Of a stretch of DNA of 64,000 nucleotides, positions 28,351 through 36,700 are shown one piece after another; the stretch's first letter is position 1; each line of letters opens with the position of its first letter. A model generated the notes under the pieces. The model saw nothing but the letters and a program-made list of their open reading frames with translations, was not told the DNA's origin and ran no database searches. This DNA comes from a virus: the IMG/VR virus record IMGVR_UViG_3300032296_001209, positions 1 to 64,000 of that record; one strand, 5' to 3'. A program made the translations under genes and the position numbers.

Positions 28351-28894
28351 AGAATTATATCCAATGCGTGGTCAAGAGTTCTTAGTAAAAGGACTTATTG
28401 ATCTTTGTGACTTTGTATCACAAGCACTTAACAGGCCTACTTATGAGTTAACTATTTGTGAGATAGGTAGTTACAGTGGAGAAAGTACTAGTATTTTTGC
28501 TAGTAGATTTAAATATGTATTAGCTGTAGATCCCTGGATGGATAATTATGATCCGGATGATGCTGCTTGTCATCATGCTGCTTTTAGTGAAGTAGAAAAA
28601 GCTTTTGATCAGCGCATGAGTTTCTATCCTAATGTAACTAAGTTAAAAGCAACAAGTGATGATGCAGTTAAACAATTAAAAGATGCACGTTTTGATGTTG
28701 TTTATATAGATGGTTTACATACATATGAGCAAGTAAAGATTGATATTGCAAACTATGCGCCTCTTACAAACTTTATTGTTGCCGGTCATGATTATAATAA
28801 GACAGATTGGCCAGGAGTATACAGAGCTGTAAATGAATCATTTGACCAACCAATTTATACATTCCAAGATACATCATGGGCCAAGATATTATAA
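28343..28894 (+). CDS. class I SAM-dependent methyltransferase (Methyltransf_24-like)
   Basis: EIGSYSGES, VDPW, YIDGLHTYE and GHDY motifs. Confidence 0.88.
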   Translation: MSKELYPMRGQEFLVKGLIDLCDFVSQALNRPTYELTICEIGSYSGESTSIFASRFKYVLAVDPWMDNYDPDDAACHHAAFSEVEKAFDQRMSFYPNVTKLKATSDDAVKQLKDARFDVVYIDGLHTYEQVKIDIANYAPLTNFIVAGHDYNKTDWPGVYRAVNESFDQPIYTFQDTSWAKIL

Positions 28895-30717
28895 ACCTAA
28901 GTATTATTATACCCTTCTCTAGAAAGACTATTAATCTAGATGAGATAGTAAATAGTATTGGTAATCTTACTAATGCTAATTTAGAAGTAATCATTGTTAC
29001 AAGTGATGATAGAAAAGATGAGGTAGAAACTTGGTTACCTAAAAGTTTAAACATCAGTGTATACTCTACAGATGAACCAACAGTATCCGGTAATAACTAT
29101 AGAAACATAGGTGTTACTAAAGCTACAGGAGATTGGATTTACTTCTTAGATGATGATAACATTGTGCACCCTAACTTTAATGATCTATTAGAGTACATGG
29201 ATAAAGAAAGAGATGTTATATTCTTCTCTCAAATATTTGCAAATCAGAAGCTCAGACTAATGCCCGTTAGTATAGATGTTGGTGGTGTAGATACCGCAAT
29301 GTTTTTAGTAAAGAAATCTGTGATGGATAATCACAAATGGGAGGAAGGAGCATATACAGCTGATGGTATACTAGCTAAAGAACTTAGTGAGTACAACTGT
29401 CAATATATTTATACCCCGTATTGTTTTTATAACTATCAACAAGATACAGTATTTAATGAAAATACGGTCCCCAGTAGAAAGATTCTAGCTTATATGGACT
29501 TTGATTCTCCAACAGGATTTGCTACTGTCTCTCATAATGTACTTGATAGATTAACTCCCTGGTTAATTGAGAATAAAATTAAAGTAGATGTTGCTGCTTT
29601 AAACTATGGTGATAAACCACATGCTAGATATAATCAAGCTATTACTATTATTAATCCAATGGCTTTTGCAGATAATGCAGAAGACTATTATTGGAGAGAT
29701 GGTATATTAAAATTGTTAAGTAATGGAGATTACGATCTTTTTTGGGCTATGAATGATGTACCGGTTATTGGACCAATGGCAGATTTTATAAAACAATCAC
29801 AGATTAAAAGAGAGTTCTATAATAGAAAACCATTCAAGACTATTCTCTATACTCCTATTGACAGTGTACCGTTTGCTAGGTACTTTAATAATTTAAACTT
29901 CTTTGATGAGATTGTTACATACACAGAGTATGGTAAAAGAATGGCACTGGATGCTTTCTATAAGTCTAACAAGAATGTTATTACAGATGTAAAGTTTGAT
30001 ATCATTGCACATGGTACAGATAAAGAAACATTTAAGAAATTAAGTAACAAGAGAGAGCTGCGAAAGAAGTATGACTTACCTGAAGATGCGTTTATCTATG
30101 GTAACTTTAATACTAACTCTCCTCGTAAAGATTTTGGTACAACACTAATTGCTTTCTCTTATCTTAAAAAACAGAGACCGGATATAAACTCTGTTCTCTA
30201 TTTACATACTGAGCCCAATGATGAACAGGGAATTAAAATGTATGTAGCCTGTGAAAGATTAGATTTAAAACCAGGTAAGGATGTATTCTTTCCTTTAGCA
30301 GATAAACATAAAAGAAAGAAATACTCTACCAAAGAGATCAATGAACTCTACAACTGTCTAGATGTATTTGTTACAAGTACTACTGCAGAAGGTTGGGGAC
30401 TAACTGTAACTGAAGCTATGGCTTGTGAGTTACCAATTGTATGCGGTTTACATACATCATTGAATGAAATTACAGACAATGGTGAATTAGTATATGCTGT
30501 AAAGAATATATATGAGCACATACAAATTGAAGACGCAGAAAATATCCGGGAAGTATTAGATCCTAAAGAAACTGCACAGAGAATGATAGAAGCTTATGAG
30601 GATTGCAAATTAGATATTGCAAAAACATTCTACTCCCATAAAATGGAAGAGTATGATTGGGATAAAATAGCTGAACAGTGGAAAGAAAAGTTTAAGAAAA
30701 TACTTTACTTACCCTGA
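28876..30717 (+). CDS. GT2-GT4 fusion glycosyltransferase
   Basis: N-terminal IIIP...FLDDD; C-terminal TGFA, RK and EGWGLTVTEAMAC motifs. Confidence 0.85.
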   Translation: MGQDIINLSIIIPFSRKTINLDEIVNSIGNLTNANLEVIIVTSDDRKDEVETWLPKSLNISVYSTDEPTVSGNNYRNIGVTKATGDWIYFLDDDNIVHPNFNDLLEYMDKERDVIFFSQIFANQKLRLMPVSIDVGGVDTAMFLVKKSVMDNHKWEEGAYTADGILAKELSEYNCQYIYTPYCFYNYQQDTVFNENTVPSRKILAYMDFDSPTGFATVSHNVLDRLTPWLIENKIKVDVAALNYGDKPHARYNQAITIINPMAFADNAEDYYWRDGILKLLSNGDYDLFWAMNDVPVIGPMADFIKQSQIKREFYNRKPFKTILYTPIDSVPFARYFNNLNFFDEIVTYTEYGKRMALDAFYKSNKNVITDVKFDIIAHGTDKETFKKLSNKRELRKKYDLPEDAFIYGNFNTNSPRKDFGTTLIAFSYLKKQRPDINSVLYLHTEPNDEQGIKMYVACERLDLKPGKDVFFPLADKHKRKKYSTKEINELYNCLDVFVTSTTAEGWGLTVTEAMACELPIVCGLHTSLNEITDNGELVYAVKNIYEHIQIEDAENIREVLDPKETAQRMIEAYEDCKLDIAKTFYSHKMEEYDWDKIAEQWKEKFKKILYLP

Positions 30718-30845
30718 CCTCTATACTTAGATTGAGGAGTAGCTTTAGGTCCTACAGACTTGTGAGCTTTACCCTTCTTCTTGTTTACATTTTTAGGTGC
30801 CAAGCTCTTAGCCATGCTGTTACCACCTTTTTTTGCTGCCGCCAT
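30705..30845 (-). CDS. 46-aa basic protein ending KYRGQGK (absent from ORF track)
   Basis: Translated by hand: MAAAKKGGNSMAKS...YRGQGK. Confidence 0.7.
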   Translation of the reverse strand: MAAAKKGGNSMAKSLAPKNVNKKKGKAHKSVGPKATPQSKYRGQGK

Positions 30846-30858
30846 ATATATAATATAA

Positions 30859-31746
30859 TTAAAATACTCGATATAAATTAAACATATCTGTATATATAGA
30901 GTTTAATGGATTAGCACTAGCCCATTGAGCAGTAATGTTTAATGTATTACTTATAGTAGTATTAAATGTAGTATTGTTTAGATTATAAAAACCAATACTC
31001 TCAGGAGAATTACTAGCATTCTTATTGTAAGCAAATCTACCGGATGTTGCAATACTTGCAATACCTGAAGTTCCTATAGATCTTACTGTAAAGTTTACAT
31101 ATAATTCCCAGTTTTTATTTGTTGTAGCCGCCAGAGTCATTAATCCTGTGTCTGCCAATGTAAAACCATTTGACATACAGCGAATCTCTAATTGCTCATT
31201 ATTTACAGAAGATATTTTTCCTGATAGATAAGCAATAAAAGAATCCCCAAGTTTAAAACCACCAGCAGGTACAGTTAATGTACCAACTCCACCATCTATT
31301 AAAGTAGTAGAAACGGTAGTATTTGTAATTACAATACTGTCAGCTGTTTGAGCATATAATCCGGGACTTAAACCACTACCTTGACCATAAGTTAAAAGAC
31401 CATTTGAGGTATTATAATAAACTATATTAGGTGTTGTTACATTTGCAAGATTAGCATTTATAGCACCAACACTAATATTATTTAAAGTTATGTTTCCTGC
31501 AGTAGTTACCTGGTCTAATGTTACATTCCAAGTTCTATTTGCAGATAGATCATAGGTTACACCATTGATTGTAAGTGTTCTACTATTTGGAACACTATCA
31601 TCTGTAGATTGATTTAATGTAGCCGCAAGATATCTTAGATGTACGGTGTCCCTTCTATATTTAATTTCTTTGGTAGCCCGATAAATCTGTTCCGTTTCAT
31701 TGGCCCAAAGATTTAATTCTGCAGCTAATACAGCTAATTTTATCAT
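30859..31746 (-). CDS. putative tail fibre/virion structural protein
   Basis: RTLTINGVTYDLSANRTW and TLDQVTTAGN fibre-like repeats; Thr/Asn rich. Confidence 0.6.
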   Translation of the reverse strand: MIKLAVLAAELNLWANETEQIYRATKEIKYRRDTVHLRYLAATLNQSTDDSVPNSRTLTINGVTYDLSANRTWNVTLDQVTTAGNITLNNISVGAINANLANVTTPNIVYYNTSNGLLTYGQGSGLSPGLYAQTADSIVITNTTVSTTLIDGGVGTLTVPAGGFKLGDSFIAYLSGKISSVNNEQLEIRCMSNGFTLADTGLMTLAATTNKNWELYVNFTVRSIGTSGIASIATSGRFAYNKNASNSPESIGFYNLNNTTFNTTISNTLNITAQWASANPLNSIYTDMFNLYRVF

Positions 31747-31799
31747 AGTTAATCCCTTATATATAATTTACATTATTTTAGGGATAAATAAATGATTTA

Positions 31800-32111
31800 T
31801 TACTTTTTGTCAGGATTGCGAGGCTTGTATTTCCTCTTTTTCTTTGGTTTTACTACTTGCTTTTCTTCTACCTCTTTTTCTTCAGATGTAGAAATAGCTT
31901 CTTTCATAACCTTTTCAGCTGCTTCTACAGTAGAATTTACTGCTGAATTAATTGCTGAATTTACAGAGGATTGAATACCCGCTTTAATCTTTTGATGCAT
32001 TTCATTAAACAATGCATTCTCTTTTTTCTCTAAGCGTAAAGCAAGAATAATTAGAATTATTAGGATAACACCTAATACAATTCCTAAAACAATTTGTGGA
32101 GTCATAATCAT
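31800..32111 (-). CDS. single-TM membrane protein
   Basis: Strong N-terminal TM; TATATTTG box at 32122-32129. Confidence 0.65.
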   Translation of the reverse strand: MIMTPQIVLGIVLGVILIILIILALRLEKKENALFNEMHQKIKAGIQSSVNSAINSAVNSTVEAAEKVMKEAISTSEEKEVEEKQVVKPKKKRKYKPRNPDKK

Positions 32112-32112
32112 A

Positions 32113-32538
32113 TTATTTGTACAAATATAATCTAAAATATTCAAAATCTTCTTCACCACCTTCCTTCTTATATTTTAGAAAGGCATCATATACAGGGCCC
32201 ATAAATTTTGCTTCATCTTCTACAGTTGCTGTATCTAGTCCGGCACTAACCATCTTAATAGCATACATCTCATTTACCTGAGACATTACTTTAACTTGTT
32301 TTTCTGCTACTATTACTGCTTCTTTTAGCTCTGCTTTCTCTTCTACTTTAGTCTCTACTAATTTTTCACTAGTCTTTTGAGCAATCTGAGTTACTTGAGA
32401 AGCAACTTGTAAATTCTTTTCAATCTTCTTAAGCATCATCTCAATATCATCTACAGGAGGTGTTGTAATAGCATTAACCGGGAATGATATTTTAATAGCA
32501 ATAAGGAACGTAATAAAAAAGATAACTAAAATTCTCAT
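32113..32538 (-). CDS. signal/TM plus coiled-coil protein in the lysis cassette
   Basis: N-terminal hydrophobic segment; heptad repeats. Confidence 0.6.
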   Translation of the reverse strand: MRILVIFFITFLIAIKISFPVNAITTPPVDDIEMMLKKIEKNLQVASQVTQIAQKTSEKLVETKVEEKAELKEAVIVAEKQVKVMSQVNEMYAIKMVSAGLDTATVEDEAKFMGPVYDAFLKYKKEGGEEDFEYFRLYLYK

Positions 32539-32813
32539 AACTTTTTAACTGTATTAATGATACGTAATTCTGTAATAGCAGCAGCAAGTGCGCTATCTGA
32601 TTTTTTAAGAGCGTAATTCATCCTATCTATCTTTAATTCAAGATTATTCATCTTCTCATTAGAGATCCTAATCTGATCAGCATAACCCGTTTTAACGTCA
32701 TAGTACAAATAGCTAACAGCCACAAGCATACAAAAAGCAACGGCAGCAACTGGGTTCTTTTTAAATTGGTCAAATGTGACAGGAAAGGCATTGGGTGTTT
32801 TTTTAATAGTCAT
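32535..32813 (-). CDS. single-TM coiled-coil protein in the lysis cassette
   Basis: TM PVAAVAFCMLVAVSYLY plus coiled coil; follows the endolysin. Confidence 0.6.
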   Translation of the reverse strand: MTIKKTPNAFPVTFDQFKKNPVAAVAFCMLVAVSYLYYDVKTGYADQIRISNEKMNNLELKIDRMNYALKKSDSALAAAITELRIINTVKKL

Positions 32814-32839
32814 AATGTCTTCTGATTTTTATAGTAAAC

Positions 32840-33427
32840 TTACTTAATGTCTTTAGATTCAATAAGGGTATAGGTAAAAGAGTTACCACCTAAAGTAGCC
32901 GCTTTTTTACAGATTGCCATAAACGCATCAAAGTCTGCAGATTTCTTGAACACTTGGCAGCCCTCTGACCAGTTTTCCACATAAGTTGAATCTGCACCAG
33001 CCTTGTGAATATTAATACCAAAAATGCCTTCTTGTATCTTTGTTTCATCATAGTTCATGTCTTTATTGGCATCACGGTATACTTTAACATTAGCCTTCTG
33101 TTTAAGGGCCTCATACTTACCTTGGTGTAATCCAAGATGGTGTGAACCAGAATATTGACCGGGCACTAAGCGTGCAACACCAGCAGCATTGTGAAATTCT
33201 TTAACACCCTTAGTTCCGGGATCAGTTGTAGCAGGCCAAATTTTAAATTTCCACTCACCATTTTCTTTGTAAGAAAGAGTTAAGTGATCATCAAATACAT
33301 TGGTTACTTTGTTACCAGTAGAAGAATTACGTACACCAATGATGTTTACATTGAAGTCACCATTCTCAAAGTACTTGTAACCTTTGGCTTTCATTGCAGC
33401 CTCAATTTGTTCTCTAGTATAGCTCAT
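32840..33427 (-). CDS. putative endolysin with YkuD/L,D-transpeptidase-like catalytic motif
   Basis: GINIH...WSEGCQV; flanked by a holin-like gene. Confidence 0.65.
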   Translation of the reverse strand: MSYTREQIEAAMKAKGYKYFENGDFNVNIIGVRNSSTGNKVTNVFDDHLTLSYKENGEWKFKIWPATTDPGTKGVKEFHNAAGVARLVPGQYSGSHHLGLHQGKYEALKQKANVKVYRDANKDMNYDETKIQEGIFGINIHKAGADSTYVENWSEGCQVFKKSADFDAFMAICKKAATLGGNSFTYTLIESKDIK

Positions 33428-33428
33428 A

Positions 33429-33454
33429 ATAGTTTATAGTTTATAGTTTATAGT
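33429..33454. repeat. tandem heptamer (ATAGTTT) x3.7
   Basis: Read directly; immediately upstream of the endolysin ATG. Confidence 0.85.
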
Positions 33455-33464
33455 AAACAGTAAA

Positions 33465-33713
33465 TTACTCCTCAGTTTTAGCTTCTGGCTTCTTCATGAT
33501 TTTCTCAACAGAAGTCAAACCTAAACAACCAAATGCAAGCAATGCAACCGCATCCACCAATGGAGTAGAGGGAGCAAAGTGTGCTTCAGTAAAAGAGTTA
33601 GCATACAGAGTAGCGCAAAGAGTTAAAGTGCAGACTAAGCCACACAGGCGCTTCATGGAAACGGAGCCTTTTTCATCTTTGAAAAGACCACCAATAAAGT
33701 TTAATAGTTTCAT
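33465..33713 (-). CDS. putative holin (2 TM)
   Basis: SMKR followed by two TMs and a charged tail; precedes the endolysin. Confidence 0.65.
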   Translation of the reverse strand: MKLLNFIGGLFKDEKGSVSMKRLCGLVCTLTLCATLYANSFTEAHFAPSTPLVDAVALLAFGCLGLTSVEKIMKKPEAKTEE

Positions 33714-33795
33714 ACGGTATAAATTTTTTTACCGCAGTTGATTCGGGATGCAGCCCTAGATGGTTTTTAGGGTACTACATATATAATATACAAAA

Positions 33796-36700
33796 TTATC
33801 TCCTAATTTGGTACTCCATACCTTTCAAAGCTTTAACTGGATCAATTTGATTACCAGTAAATCCAAACAAGTATCCAAAGTCATTGAAAATTTTAGGTGC
33901 ACCTTCTTTCTGCCATGAGTAAGGACCTACATCTCTTGTATAGTAGGCACGGTTATCATTAGAAAGTAAGTGAAGTAAGTTAGTACCAAAATCTTTATAC
34001 TTATCTACAACGGGACCTAATGTAGGTGCTCCTCCATTGTATACTAATCCTACATATTCTTTTGGATTTAAGAAAGTAATTGTTTCTTGTCTAGTACCCA
34101 TTGTTGCAACAAGTGCATGGTTTACTAACCAGCCACCAGCATTGAAGTTATCAGATAATAAATCACCACTTCTTTGGCGCATCTTTTCAAATCTTTCTTC
34201 ATCATCCGGATCATAGTCAAATAAGTAAGCAATGATAAGAGCCAGTAATGTAATACTAATGCCTTCAGTTACTATCTTCTTAGCAGCATATGCTTCATCA
34301 TCTGTCATATACATATTACCACTAGAGGCTCTAGAAACAAAAGACTTTAAGAATCTAGCAAATGATCTGTAATAACCTTCTGTCATATCTCCACTACGCA
34401 TATTATATCTCAAAGGACTAAATCTATTTACAAACATTCTTGTAAAGAATCTTCTTAATCCTGAGAACATTCTCCATACAGCATACTTATCAAGCATTAC
34501 TTTATCCATTAAAGAATAAGCACCCTGTAAGTCGTTACTCTTTTCCTGTATAGTATTACGCATTGCTTTAAACTCTGCACCACCTGGAGCATATGTTTCA
34601 TCAATACCTGGTTTTAGTTTAATAATTCCCTGACCATCTTTCTCCCAAGCATCTATGTAATTGATCATATTTGTTTGGCCATTTACTGTTTGTGGTATCT
34701 TTTTAAAGATCATCATACCCGCAAACAAAGAAAGTGTACCTTCATTTTCTAACCATTTTCTTGGAGCAGTATATACACCATTTGATATACCTTTACCTGC
34801 TCCAAACATTAAACTATCTGCTAAGTCAGTACCAAAGGATCTACCAAACTCAGTACCAAAACGTTCTTGGAATCTACCTTTGATAGGATCAAAAATCTCA
34901 ACTAACTGATAGTCAATACTTTTCTCACCGGGATTATAGATATTAGCAGAGATGTCTGTCATTATCTTTAAAGCTTTTGACTGTCCTTGTAAATAAGAAC
35001 GCTTGTTAAGATACTTACCACCACCTGATTCAATGATCATTTGTGTAACAGCACCACCAAAGTTTTTAACTGCAGATGGTAAAATGTTAAATGCAAACAT
35101 TCCAAATGAAGATTGTGACTGTAAAATATCTACAGCTTTACTTAATGTAGTAGGCTCAGATAACCAACCGGCTTTTGTTTGTCCTTTAAACTCTCTTTCA
35201 ATAAGAGTATTGATTGCTTCAGCTCTTACGTTCTTACCTTTCTTTGCAACAAAAGATTTAATGTTGTTAGTTACCCAATTATAACCATTTACTTTAGAGG
35301 TATCCTTAATAGAATTCTCAGAGTTATTTACAACTTTCTGTAAAGCTTGAGCAATAGGATTTAACTCAATAAGTTTTTTCTGGTGCTCTAACGAGAACAT
35401 GTATTGCAATAGAGAGTACGGTACATTTAATGATACCTGATCTATATCTAGTTTATATAATCCTTTTACAGGAATAGATGAGATCTCTTCGTCAAACATG
35501 TCAGCTCTAACTAAGTTAAACGCATCATCATAGTTGAAGCCCTGATCAAAATCATCTTGAGATGTTGTTACAGCATCTTTAACTTGCTTAACAAAAGTCT
35601 TTACTTTCTCTGCACCTCTATTTAAACTACCGCCTACTAATTCACTCTTAAGCTTTCTGAATCTTGGAATATCTAAATATAGTCTACTATACTTAGTTTT
35701 ATCTTCCTGGAAAAGAAGTGTGTACTTTGTAATAACATCAAGGACATTTGCTTTATCCGGAGAATTCTTTTGTAAATCATAATAAGCTTTATTGATATAA
35801 GAATCATCCTTTGCTCCTTCTGCTACTGTTCTTGGTAACCAGTTACCACGGTTATCAACGTGCACCCCTACTTTACGCTCTACTTTACCGGTTGTTTTAT
35901 TATACCCAGTTCTGTATTCTTTTTTAACAGCTCTTCTGTAAAAATCCATAGTAGGTATTCTATCTAAAGTAACTTCAGTAGTCTCACCTGTAGATGGATT
36001 TACATCGTTATACGTGTAAGTATTATAGTATTCTAGATCAGAAGGAATTGTTACATTCCAAACATATAATCTTTCATATACGCGCTCATCCTTTTTAGTC
36101 TTACTGTTGTACTTTTCTGTTTCAATGTGATTAGCAAGAAACCATTCTTTAAATTCAGGACTTGCTTTAAAGTACTTAGATAAGAATGCGGGCTTTAAAA
36201 AATTATCTGAGTTATCAGTATTAATTTCACTAATAGTAAAACCAGCAAGTTTAGCAGGATCAATAGCCTCTAGATTATTATTAAATGCAGATAAGTAATC
36301 ATCAGTTGGTTCTTTAGATTGCATATCAGATAGCTGACTATATAAATTTAATAATGTCTTCTTAGTTAATCTATCTACAGCACCTTCTCCCTTTAATTTA
36401 TCTAATTCTTTAAACTCTTCTTTATCATTTATAGATGCTCTTCTGCTTTTAATTAACTTAGCTAGTTCTATGTATCTTTCAAACTGTAGTTTACTTAGAC
36501 CACTAAAGCCAGCCATGTTGTCTTTAATTTTAATCAGTTCTTTCTGTAGTTCTTTTACCCGTTTGATTCTTTCTTCAGACATTTCTGATCCAACAATTTG
36601 TCCATCAGCATTTCTAAATCCTACAGATATATCAATAAGCTCTTCCCAAAGCTCATCTTGCTTTAGTTTACTAGCTGCATCTTTTGGTAAACCATCTACT

